A DNA stretch of 64,000 bases, taken from contig JBKBPM010000001.1 in NCBI GenBank assembly GCA_046293175.1, forward strand, positions 427,446 through 491,445. The letters are read 5' to 3'. The position numbers and the translations under genes are program-made. The stretch's first letter is position 1. Every line of letters starts with the position of its first letter. Shown here piece after piece: positions 1 to 8,946 of the stretch. The stretch comes from Minisyncoccia bacterium (lineage in GTDB: Bacteria; Patescibacteriota; Minisyncoccia; Phycocordibacterales; UBA918). The notes beneath the pieces were generated by a model. That model was not told the origin of the DNA and ran no database searches. It was given only the letters and a program-made list of their open reading frames with translations.

Positions 1-217
1 CATCTACCTCATACACAAAAGGGTAGACCGTATCGAGCTTTTTGATGTTCTTGGTAGCGCTTTTGATACCAGCGGTATCACTCCACCACGGAATCCAGCC
101 TCCTACTTCCCCTTCGTATGTAGCAGCCAAAGCCGCTCCTGGTGTAGCCACGGTACCAATTAACGCCATGGCTACTAATGCCCCTTTAAGGATAAATGTT
201 GTTTGTGTCATAGTCAT
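1..217 (-). CDS. Secreted glycoside hydrolase, probably GH18-like (N-terminal part, runs off window)
   Basis: Manual translation [47 protein letters not shown]...[12 protein letters not shown]: signal peptide plus GWIPWW / '[11 protein letters not shown]', typical of GH18 N-termini. Confidence 0.6.
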   Translation of the reverse strand, partial: MTMTQTTFILKGALVAMALIGTVATPGAALAATYEGEVGGWIPWWSDTAGIKSATKNIKKLDTVYPFVYEVD

Positions 218-303
218 TGTGACGCAGTGCCGCCACACTTCTTACGAGTAACTTTTACACTGTACCACACGTTATACAGAGCGAACATAGTGAGGAGGAA
301 TCC

Positions 304-426
304 ATGCGTCCAGCTCTTTCTTTTGAAGCACGTGTGAGCATTTTGATGAAGATGAGATCATGCTCGGTTCACCAGGCCATCCAAATCATCAACATCGCTG
401 TTTACAACTGGCTTCCCAAATCTTAA
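304..426 (+). CDS. Small orphan protein (40 aa)
   Basis: GAGGAGG SD-like motif 5 nt before ATG; MRPALSFEARVSILMKMRSCSVHQAIQIINIAVYNWLPKS; followed by two hairpins. Confidence 0.45.
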   Translation: MRPALSFEARVSILMKMRSCSVHQAIQIINIAVYNWLPKS

Positions 427-492
427 TCTTCCGTCACGTGACGGAAGATGCAACTACTATCGCCCGAATCATCTTGATTCGGGCACCGTTTT
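426..492 (+). terminator. 24-bp perfect palindrome plus hairpin and T-run
   Basis: ATCTTCCGTCACGTGACGGAAGAT (426-449); GCCCGAATC-atctt-GATTCGGGC then accgttttt. Confidence 0.55.
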
Positions 493-564
493 TGTAAGCT
501 CTCACTTATGAGCACGTTATCAAGTGTACTTGTATTAATGGGAAATCTAGTACAGTCAACTAAT

Positions 565-689
565 AAGATTTGAAGAAATAGCTCCAGCTGCCCGGCGTTG
601 AGGAGCAAAGTTGCGCGGCGTACTCATTGCTACGGCAAGCAACTTTGCGACGAAAACAACAAAGTAGATGGAATATTTATTCGAATCTT
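565..689 (+). repeat. Structured intergenic repeat, copy 1 (3' of umuD)
   Basis: CCGGCG...CGTAC-tcattgc-TACG...AACAAAGTAGATG; inner stem GCAAAGTTGC/GCAACTTTGC. Confidence 0.7.
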
Positions 690-1127
690 TTAAAACTGGC
701 GGACGCTGCCGGTTACAACACCCCAAACAAAACAATCCGATTCTGGCGCTACCTTAATCGGCTCATACGCCGCATTTTCAGAAATCAGAAATAGTCCCTC
801 ACGTTCGACTCGTAGTCGCTTCACGACCAGTCCGCCATCAACCACCGCCACCACAATACTGCCATGTTTTGGTTCGACACTACGGTCAATCACGAGCACA
901 TCACCTGAAAATATCCCAGCCCCCTCCATAGAATCCCCTTCAACCCGGACAAAAAAAGTACTCTCCGGGTGCTTCACAAGCAAATCATGGACATTAAGCT
1001 CTTCATGCACTAAGTCATCGCCTGGGGCCGGAAAACCAGCCTGAGGGGACGAGGCAAACAGTGGCAGAGCTGGATTGGCCACCTTGTCTCCACGAGCAAT
1101 ACTCATAATCCGAACTGATTGATTCAT
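690..1127 (-). CDS. umuD: UmuD-like S24 peptidase
   Basis: AGFPAPG cleavage motif, RVEGDSM catalytic Ser, VKRL Lys, VWGVV end; no N-terminal HTH; start trimmed to MNQSV. Confidence 0.85.
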   Translation of the reverse strand: MNQSVRIMSIARGDKVANPALPLFASSPQAGFPAPGDDLVHEELNVHDLLVKHPESTFFVRVEGDSMEGAGIFSGDVLVIDRSVEPKHGSIVVAVVDGGLVVKRLRVEREGLFLISENAAYEPIKVAPESDCFVWGVVTGSVRQF

Positions 1128-1135
1128 AGCAGCAT

Positions 1136-2236
1136 TTAGGCAACTACGGCACCACCAGTTACGAGGGTATGGATGTAGAAGAGTGCCGCCATCGCATACA
1201 GAAGCACCACACCATAAAATACTTGTACCGGGCGCTGCTGCCGCCACTCAATTGCTACCGAGAGCACCAGTGCAATAATCGCAAAGAAACCAAGCATCCA
1301 GTATACCCGTTGCATCAACGACGAAGGACTAGTGGCAATCATAGCAATTTCAGTGGCTGGTGTGGGAGCAGGGGTTGTCAGCGCTTCATTGATTGGTACT
1401 TCAAGTAAATTCGTGGAGCTCGTGATAGTGTCACTATAAAGCACCACACCATGGTCTTCAACGGTGGTAGCGGCCACTTGTAGTGGAGCGGGCTCAACCG
1501 GTGCGGGCACCGGCGGTGGCACTCCTTGGTTTGGCTGAGTTGCTGGTGCTTCGGTGGTCGTTTCGATACCAGCAACAACCGGGGTTTCTTTAGCCACTGG
1601 TATTGGGGCCAGCGCCAACGTCTCTGGAGCCGCTACTGGCGCTGCAGGGGCTACTACATCAGCTGTAGCGACCTGACCCGGGGTACCAAACATCTGGACA
1701 ACAAAGACGGTGTCATAGCCTTCATACTGCCCCTTGGCGGTTCCAACACCAATCTCACGGTAGGCTCGATTGACGATATTAGCTCGGTGAGTCGGTGATT
1801 TCATCCAGGCTTCGACCACCTCTTTTGAATCAGTAAAATGAACGGCGAGATTCTCTCCAGCATGTACATAGCGGTACCCGGCTTCATTAAACCAGTGCCA
1901 AGGTGACACACCCGTTGGACTATAGTGGGCAAAATAGCCGTTTTTTGCCATGTCTTCGGCTTTCATCTGAGCCGCTGCATCAAGCACTGAATTGCGTACC
2001 AAGGGTGGCAAATCCTCCCCTTTACGTTGCTGGTTAGTCTTCTCAACCACCACTGCCGGCAAAACCGCTCCAGTCAGCCAGGTTGATTGTTGCCACATGA
2101 GGGCATAGAGGTTACTCATAGTAAACGTAAGCACCACCAATCCTCCCATCACCAAAAGCGCGGTCCGCTGTAGCAGGTCCGGGGTGTAATCATTACTACT
2201 ATGCGGCACAAACCACCGCCACAGTCTTTCTTTCAT
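1136..2236 (-). CDS. CAP/SCP-domain membrane protein with Pro/Thr/Ala-rich linker
   Basis: GYFAHYSP, AGENLA, WMKSPTHRANI, VVQMFG motifs; N- and C-terminal TM segments. Confidence 0.85.
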   Translation of the reverse strand: MKERLWRWFVPHSSNDYTPDLLQRTALLVMGGLVVLTFTMSNLYALMWQQSTWLTGAVLPAVVVEKTNQQRKGEDLPPLVRNSVLDAAAQMKAEDMAKNGYFAHYSPTGVSPWHWFNEAGYRYVHAGENLAVHFTDSKEVVEAWMKSPTHRANIVNRAYREIGVGTAKGQYEGYDTVFVVQMFGTPGQVATADVVAPAAPVAAPETLALAPIPVAKETPVVAGIETTTEAPATQPNQGVPPPVPAPVEPAPLQVAATTVEDHGVVLYSDTITSSTNLLEVPINEALTTPAPTPATEIAMIATSPSSLMQRVYWMLGFFAIIALVLSVAIEWRQQRPVQVFYGVVLLYAMAALFYIHTLVTGGAVVA

Positions 2237-2328
2237 TACCTGTAGTATACCAGACGACAAAAGCTGTCCATAGGACAATTCCAAAAATTCCCAGACCACT
2301 ATAATTATGCTTTAATTGGTCAGCAACT

Positions 2329-3375
2329 ATGAAAATCTGTTTTTTGGGGACGTATGATCCTCAGTATCCTCGCAATAAAATACTCATTGATGGCCTCAGA
2401 CAAAATGGGGTTGAGGTGGTTGAATGCAACATCAAAGGTTGTGGTTACCTTATATACTTGCCTCTCATCAAAAAATTTCTCACTACCAAACGCGATTATG
2501 ATTATGTGTTCTGTGCCTTTCCGGTACACTTGTCGATTTTTTTGGCCTTGCTTGGTCGTAAACCAGTAATTGTAGACGCCCTCATATCACTCTATGACAC
2601 GGCGGTACGTGACCGGCAGTTATATGCCTGGTGGAATCCCTTTGCGCTTTCGCTGTACCTACTTGATATCCTGACTGTCAAAATTGCTCATCATGTCACC
2701 GTTGATACGGCCGAGCATAAAGCGTATTTTTCGAAATGGCGAAATGCCAATGACATCACGGTTATTCCACTTGGTGTTCACAGTAAAGAATTTTTTGCCG
2801 TTCCGTCAGCCCGCAAACCCATGCAGCAGTTCTTGGTGCAATTTCATGGCGGATATATTCCACTCCAAGGTATCGACAAAATTGTCGCTGCGGCCAAAAT
2901 ACTTAAAAATGATAGCAGTATTCATTTCCGTCTCATTGGTGGCGGCCAACAATATGATGAAATTGCAGCCCGCATCAAAACAGATGAATTAACTAATGTG
3001 ACACTGATACCGTGGCAAACTGTACCAAACCTCAATGTTATGTTGAGTGAGGCAGACGTCATCTTTGGAGTCTTCGGTGAATCTGCAAAAACCAATCGGG
3101 TTATCCCAAACAAAATCTTTCAAGGACTGGCGGTGGGTAAACCAGTTATTACAAAAGATACAGGATCGGTACGGGCATTATTTTCTGACAATGACCTGGT
3201 GCTCGTTCAAAATACTCCAGAATCTATTGCTGCTGCTATTGTTAAACTTAAAAATAATCCAGAGTGGTGCAAGCAGCTAGCTGACAATGGTCAGAAAAAA
3301 ATTGCAGACTTTTATCGTGAAAAAGAGATAGCGAGTATACTCGTAAACGCCCTCAAAAACCACCGGCCAACATAA
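2329..3375 (+). CDS. Glycosyltransferase family 4
   Basis: GT-B fold motifs FHGGYIPLQG, IPNKIFQGLAVGKPVI. Confidence 0.85.
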   Translation: MKICFLGTYDPQYPRNKILIDGLRQNGVEVVECNIKGCGYLIYLPLIKKFLTTKRDYDYVFCAFPVHLSIFLALLGRKPVIVDALISLYDTAVRDRQLYAWWNPFALSLYLLDILTVKIAHHVTVDTAEHKAYFSKWRNANDITVIPLGVHSKEFFAVPSARKPMQQFLVQFHGGYIPLQGIDKIVAAAKILKNDSSIHFRLIGGGQQYDEIAARIKTDELTNVTLIPWQTVPNLNVMLSEADVIFGVFGESAKTNRVIPNKIFQGLAVGKPVITKDTGSVRALFSDNDLVLVQNTPESIAAAIVKLKNNPEWCKQLADNGQKKIADFYREKEIASILVNALKNHRPT

Positions 3376-3537
3376 GTACCACAAAAATAAACTGCGTAGT
3401 AAATTGGTAATAATCTACCGTTTCAAAGGGCTCATTTAGTAATTATGCTATCTTGAGAGACCTTGACATACTATATTATATACTATATAGTATCGATTCC
3501 TTTCGCGACGCGGTAATAAACTACTCCATTTTGGTGT

Positions 3538-4407
3538 ATGTCACTTAAAAAACGCATTAATAACAGCATTAAATACGTCATTGGACTCACTGGCCAAAAA
3601 ACGGCTGTTCGCCTGCGCTATTTCCACGTCTTTAAGCGACTCCCCAACCTCAAAAATCCCCAGACATTTAATGAAAAAATAAACTCTTACAAGTTTTACA
3701 CCAATTACAATTTCGAACGGTTTGCTGATAAAGTACTCGTCAAAGATTATATTCGCAAAAAAATTGGTGATCAATATCTCATCAAGACACTCTACGCCGG
3801 AGAAGCGCTGCCACCCATTTCAGAACGTAATTGGCCAATGCCGTATGCAATTAAAATGAATCATTGCTGTGGCTGGAATATCTTTGTTCGCAACGAAGAT
3901 GAGCGAAATTGGCCACTCATTGAAAAGAAACTCGCCATTTGGAAAAAGAAGGTGTTTGGGTATGACACGGGCGAACCACACTACGCCAAAATTCGACCAC
4001 AAGTGCTGGTAGAAGAATTCTTGACTGAAGACGGATGTGCATCACCGGCTGACTTCAAGCTATTTGTGATGAACGGCAAAGTACAATTCATTCAAATTGA
4101 TGTCGACCGCGAGTTTAATCATAGAGAATGTTTTTATGATGCTACATGGCAGCTATTACCATTTACCATCGGTAATCCTGAACCATCAAGTCTCACCATG
4201 CCTCGCCCAGACAATCTTGAAGAAATGGTTGGGTTAGCCGAAACAATTGGTGCTGATTTCCCGTTTGTTCGTGTCGATTTTTATAACTTTGCTGGTCGTA
4301 TATATTTTGGCGAATTAACGTTCTTCCCCTCAGCTGGCTTTACACCTTTTTATCCTAACCACTTTGATCGCTACTATGGCGATACACTAACGCTACCGCG
4401 TATTTAG
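3538..4407 (+). CDS. TupA-like ATP-grasp amidoligase (paralogue 1)
   Basis: NPQTFNEKI, ADKVLVKDY, IKMNH, DFK, RVDFY, YFGELTFFP. Confidence 0.85.
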   Translation: MSLKKRINNSIKYVIGLTGQKTAVRLRYFHVFKRLPNLKNPQTFNEKINSYKFYTNYNFERFADKVLVKDYIRKKIGDQYLIKTLYAGEALPPISERNWPMPYAIKMNHCCGWNIFVRNEDERNWPLIEKKLAIWKKKVFGYDTGEPHYAKIRPQVLVEEFLTEDGCASPADFKLFVMNGKVQFIQIDVDREFNHRECFYDATWQLLPFTIGNPEPSSLTMPRPDNLEEMVGLAETIGADFPFVRVDFYNFAGRIYFGELTFFPSAGFTPFYPNHFDRYYGDTLTLPRI

Positions 4408-5760
4408 GAGCGTGTTATGCGCTGCTTTGTATTTGTTATCTGAGGTAATAAGACCAAAGTGTCCTTCTGGGTCAGAACTGTTTGAATTAATATCCACCAG
4501 TGAGTACCAGAACACTGGACCAAGCCAGCGAGTAATTTTGCTACTTTCGGCAATCAAAGCCGTCATTGTTTCAGCCTGGGCATTTTGCGTCAGGTAATCA
4601 CTACCATGTGCAAAATTAAGCGCTCCAAGCTCACGACCAACACCAGCTCCACCAGTTGGTGCCCCAAATTCAGTAATCCAAACTTTCTTGGCAGCATCGC
4701 CATTTTGGTTCATCAAATCATAGATCTTATACATTTGGTACCAGTGATTCCATGGCAAAGTACTCGCAGGTGAGAGCGCATAGGTATATGGGTGATGTCC
4801 TACTGCATCAAAGCTGCCTTTTCCACCTGCGGCATACATGTCTTTGAGAAAGACAAGTGGGTCAACGGTTGTTCGACTACTGGTTACAGGACTGAGACCG
4901 CCAGTCACGACAATAGCGCCGGGTTGTACTGCTTTGATAGCAGTGTATCCAGCCTTCAGTACTGCAGCATAGTCTGTCCCATTAGCCTTTGGTGACCAGA
5001 AATAGTCCATATTGGGTTCATTCCAGATTTCCCAGGCCGCTATATTGTTTTTGTAACGGGTCGCAGCTGCACCAGCAAAGGTCGCAAACAAAGCTGGATC
5101 TTTTGGTGCACATTTTTGTCCGGCAACACAACCGCTTTTTGCGGCCCAGCTCGGTGAATACGCAAGAATCGCTAACATATTGATACCGTATTCATTGCCA
5201 AGTTTTACAATTCGGTCAATCTCAGTCCAACTGTAGCTTGTTGGACCATTACGCTGCACACCAGACCAATCGATATCAAAACGCACCCAGGTCATACCAA
5301 GCTTGTTCATCTCAGTGAAGTAGTTACGAATCTGCGCCTCGGTCATGGTTGAGAGTATGTAACCAGCCGCAATACCAGAAACGATTTTTTGAGCTGGAGC
5401 TGGAGTGGTAGCAGTCTGAGCGGTAGGAGTCGTCGAAGTAGTGGTGATTGGTTTAGTTGTCACCGGTGCCACAGCATTGGTGGTTGTCGTGGTTGCTACC
5501 GGAGCAGTTGGAGTAGTCACTACCGGAGCTGTTGGAGCTGTCCGGTTACGACGGTATCGGAAACGAGAGCTGGCCGCCGCTTGATCCTCAATAGTTTCGT
5601 CAGTAAAAATTTCTTCGATAGCAAACTCTTCTGTCGAGGAGTAACGTTCGACTAAATCACTGTTAACGCGCCAGGCATCATAGAGGCGAATACCAAAAAC
5701 GATGACGACAGTAAAAATAATAACTGCAGCAACCTGCAAAATAATGACTGATATTTTCAT
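4393..5760 (-). CDS. Membrane-anchored clan GH-A glycoside hydrolase (GH5/GH39-like) with Thr/Pro linker
   Basis: WEIWNEPN acid/base and WITEFG nucleophile motifs; N-terminal TM; T/P-rich stalk. Confidence 0.8.
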   Translation of the reverse strand: MKISVIILQVAAVIIFTVVIVFGIRLYDAWRVNSDLVERYSSTEEFAIEEIFTDETIEDQAAASSRFRYRRNRTAPTAPVVTTPTAPVATTTTTNAVAPVTTKPITTTSTTPTAQTATTPAPAQKIVSGIAAGYILSTMTEAQIRNYFTEMNKLGMTWVRFDIDWSGVQRNGPTSYSWTEIDRIVKLGNEYGINMLAILAYSPSWAAKSGCVAGQKCAPKDPALFATFAGAAATRYKNNIAAWEIWNEPNMDYFWSPKANGTDYAAVLKAGYTAIKAVQPGAIVVTGGLSPVTSSRTTVDPLVFLKDMYAAGGKGSFDAVGHHPYTYALSPASTLPWNHWYQMYKIYDLMNQNGDAAKKVWITEFGAPTGGAGVGRELGALNFAHGSDYLTQNAQAETMTALIAESSKITRWLGPVFWYSLVDINSNSSDPEGHFGLITSDNKYKAAHNTLLNTR

Positions 5761-5867
5761 AGTATGTGTTTTTTAGTATAGCAAATTAACGCTAACTACG
5801 GTGAAAATATTCTCCGTAATACTATTGACTTTATATAAAAAATAATTTATAATATAAAATATCTCTT

Positions 5868-6785
5868 ATGGAGTTCAGAAAAGCCTGGCGTCTGCGTATC
5901 AAGCAACTTATTGGCCTGTTTGGTCCAAAAACGGCTATTCGCCTGCGCTATTTCCACGGGTTTAAGCGTTTCCCTGACCTCAAGAACCCTAAAACATTTA
6001 ACGAGAAGATCAATGCCTACAAGTTCATGGGGGATCGTTATAATTTCGCTCACTTTGCTGACAAAGTTGCCGTCAAAGAGTTTGTAGCACAAAAGATCGG
6101 CGTTGAGCATGTTATTCCTACCTTGTATGCAGGAGAAACCTTACCACCCCGAGCAGAACGTAACTGGCCACTTCCTTATGTGATTAAGATGAATCATGGT
6201 TCTGGATGGAATATTATGGTGCGCACCGAAGCAGAACGTAACTGGGATGTGATTGAAAAGAAAATTGCCAAGTGGAGTAAGCAGACCTTTGGGCGTGATA
6301 CGGGTGAGGTGCATTATAGTAAAATTAAACCACAAGTACTTGTGGAGGAGTTTATCGGAGCGGCAGATGGTCGGTCATTAGTTGATTTTAAGTTCCACAT
6401 GATTCATGGTCAAGTAGAATTTACGGAAGTTGATATCGACCGCGAGACCAACCCCACGTACGCCTATTACGACAAAGATTGGAATCCTCTCCCCTTCTCT
6501 ATTGATGAATTTACTGACAAAGTCTCGTCTTTGGCAACCGCTCCAGTGCCAAAACCACAACACTACGAGGAGATGCTGCGCATGGCTGAAGTGCTGAGCG
6601 CCGACTTCCCGTTGGTACGGGTGGATTTTTATAACCAAGATGGCCATATCTACTTTGGGGAGCTGACCTTTACGCCGTTTGCTGGTTTTTGTTATTTCAA
6701 GCCGAGTTCTTTTGATGCTTATTACGGAGCAAAGCTCCATCTAGATAGCAACCAAACTCACTATGCAAGTAAAACAAACGCTTAA
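5868..6785 (+). CDS. TupA-like ATP-grasp amidoligase (paralogue 2)
   Basis: Same motifs as paralogue 1. Confidence 0.85.
   Translation: MEFRKAWRLRIKQLIGLFGPKTAIRLRYFHGFKRFPDLKNPKTFNEKINAYKFMGDRYNFAHFADKVAVKEFVAQKIGVEHVIPTLYAGETLPPRAERNWPLPYVIKMNHGSGWNIMVRTEAERNWDVIEKKIAKWSKQTFGRDTGEVHYSKIKPQVLVEEFIGAADGRSLVDFKFHMIHGQVEFTEVDIDRETNPTYAYYDKDWNPLPFSIDEFTDKVSSLATAPVPKPQHYEEMLRMAEVLSADFPLVRVDFYNQDGHIYFGELTFTPFAGFCYFKPSSFDAYYGAKLHLDSNQTHYASKTNA
5923..6355 (+). repeat. 433-bp direct repeat, copy A
   Basis: Appears identical to 6818-7250 (offset 895). Confidence 0.9.
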
Positions 6786-7629
6786 TAATAGCGTCAAAGG
6801 ATTAATAGGACTCACCAGTCCAAAAACGGCTATTCGCCTGCGCTATTTCCACGGGTTTAAGCGTTTCCCTGACCTCAAGAACCCTAAAACATTTAACGAG
6901 AAGATCAATGCCTACAAGTTCATGGGGGATCGTTATAATTTCGCTCACTTTGCTGACAAAGTTGCCGTCAAAGAGTTTGTAGCACAAAAGATCGGCGTTG
7001 AGCATGTTATTCCTACCTTGTATGCAGGAGAAACCTTACCACCCCGAGCAGAACGTAACTGGCCACTTCCTTATGTGATTAAGATGAATCATGGTTCTGG
7101 ATGGAATATTATGGTGCGCACCGAAGCAGAACGTAACTGGGATGTGATTGAAAAGAAAATTGCCAAGTGGAGTAAGCAGACCTTTGGGCGTGATACGGGT
7201 GAGGTGCATTATAGTAAAATTAAACCACAAGTACTTGTGGAGGAGTTTATTAGCACCGAACCTGGTGTTCTCCCTAAAGACTACAAGATCTTTGTCTTTA
7301 ACGGTAAAACAGAATTTATTGAAGTTATTGCTGATCGTGAACACAATCACGCCGCCTGCTTTTATAACACCGCGTGGCAAAAACTAAACTTTTCACTCAG
7401 CGACAGTAAACCGTACGCTGGTGAGATAGAAAAACCAGCCACCATGGACAAAATGATACAGCTGGCGGAGGTGTTGGCCGCTGACTTTCCGTTTGTGCGG
7501 GTCGACTTCTACGACATCAATGGTCATCTTTATCTCGGCGAAATGACCCTTACTCCTAGTGCTGGTTTTGCCAAGTTCACCCCATCTTCTTACGACATAC
7601 TCTATGGACAAAAATTGACTTTGGTCTAA
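6763..7629 (+). CDS. TupA-like ATP-grasp amidoligase (paralogue 3)
   Basis: Same motifs; DYK, RVDFY, YLGEMTLTP. Confidence 0.85.
   Translation: MQVKQTLNNSVKGLIGLTSPKTAIRLRYFHGFKRFPDLKNPKTFNEKINAYKFMGDRYNFAHFADKVAVKEFVAQKIGVEHVIPTLYAGETLPPRAERNWPLPYVIKMNHGSGWNIMVRTEAERNWDVIEKKIAKWSKQTFGRDTGEVHYSKIKPQVLVEEFISTEPGVLPKDYKIFVFNGKTEFIEVIADREHNHAACFYNTAWQKLNFSLSDSKPYAGEIEKPATMDKMIQLAEVLAADFPFVRVDFYDINGHLYLGEMTLTPSAGFAKFTPSSYDILYGQKLTLV
6818..7250 (+). repeat. 433-bp direct repeat, copy B
   Basis: Appears identical to 5923-6355. Confidence 0.9.
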
Positions 7630-7674
7630 CAAGGTCCTCGATTATCTTATTCAATGGTACTATAATAGCGAAAT

Positions 7675-8946
7675 ATGCCCGCTTCTTTTTTGCCGTTTAC
7701 AGAGCAGATTAAACATAAATGGAACGATAGTCTCTATCGGAATTCGATTTTCCTTATTATGACCATGGCTGCGATGGCTGGTTTTGGGTTTATCTTTTGG
7801 CTTATCAATGCGAAGCTATTTTCCGCCCAAGACATCGGCATCGCAACTGCGATTATCCCAACAACTACCATGATTGCTATCGGTAGCCTATTTGGACTCG
7901 ATAGCTCAATCGTGCGTTTTCTAAACAGCAAAGAGCATAAATCGCAATTTGTTCGGTCGGCATTCTTTTTGATCACCCTCATGTCGATCATTGGTTCGAT
8001 AGTGTTTGGACTGTTTTCTTACATCTTTTCACCTACTATTAGTGATTTTTTTGCCAACAACACAAACTACTTCGTTTTTGTCGGTCTTACCGTCTTTACA
8101 GCCATCAACTTATTAGCCGACGCTATTTATCTGGCAAACAAAAGAACTGTCTTTACATTCATTGTAACGACTACCCACAGTTTTCTCCGTATGCTCTTTC
8201 CGTTTCTGTTTATACATTACGGAGCAGCGGGAATATTACTCGCGGCGATGTCGGCCCAAATTGTTGGTCTCTTCCTGAATCTTTTTGTTTTACAACGTAC
8301 CTGGCAATATTTTGAGTCGGTAAGTATATCTTTCGCTTCACTTGGCGGTATCTGGAAGTTTACGACGCATAATTATTTAGCTGGCCTCCTTAACCTACTA
8401 CCCTATAGTATTGTGCCAATCATCATTATTGACTCCATTGGTGAGGCTGAATCGGCTTATTTCTATATCGTCACCATGATATCAAACCTCATGTATGTTA
8501 TTCCCAATGCTACAACCCAATCACTATTCGCTGAAGGCTCCCACAACGAAGCCAATATCTTCACTGAACTCAAAAAATCTATTATGTTTATCAGCATTTT
8601 TATTATTCCGGCTATTCTCATTATCTATTTTAGTGCCGACTTTCTCCTTGGCTTCTTTGGAGAAGATTATGCTCAAAGTGGCGCCAACCTCTTGATTATG
8701 CTGTCTTTAGTAACGATTCCATACTCAGTCATAATTATTGCCAAAGCTATCTTTAAGGTCACAAAAAAAACGCACTATCTTCTTTTTTGTGCGGCGCTTG
8801 TTGCTGGACTTGAGATTTCGCTCGTCTACTATTTTATTGGTTTTGGCCTCATTGGTATTGGCTACGCGTTTCTGTCGAGTAATCTACTCGTTGCTGGTAT
8901 CGCAAGTCTCCTTGCGGTACGCGCACTAAAGACTAGCGATAAATAA
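7675..8946 (+). CDS. Polysaccharide/oligosaccharide flippase (Wzx/MOP family)
   Basis: ~12 TM; LYRNSIFL...GFIFW N-terminus; glycan-locus context. Confidence 0.8.
   Translation: MPASFLPFTEQIKHKWNDSLYRNSIFLIMTMAAMAGFGFIFWLINAKLFSAQDIGIATAIIPTTTMIAIGSLFGLDSSIVRFLNSKEHKSQFVRSAFFLITLMSIIGSIVFGLFSYIFSPTISDFFANNTNYFVFVGLTVFTAINLLADAIYLANKRTVFTFIVTTTHSFLRMLFPFLFIHYGAAGILLAAMSAQIVGLFLNLFVLQRTWQYFESVSISFASLGGIWKFTTHNYLAGLLNLLPYSIVPIIIIDSIGEAESAYFYIVTMISNLMYVIPNATTQSLFAEGSHNEANIFTELKKSIMFISIFIIPAILIIYFSADFLLGFFGEDYAQSGANLLIMLSLVTIPYSVIIIAKAIFKVTKKTHYLLFCAALVAGLEISLVYYFIGFGLIGIGYAFLSSNLLVAGIASLLAVRALKTSDK

Noticed and set aside
690-1247. LexA call or longer N-terminus
   Set aside because: The extension overlaps the CAP gene and has no HTH; UmuD fits better.
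5923-7250. 433-bp repeat as a DGR template/variable pair
   Set aside because: The copies appear identical with no adenine-specific differences, and there is no RT.
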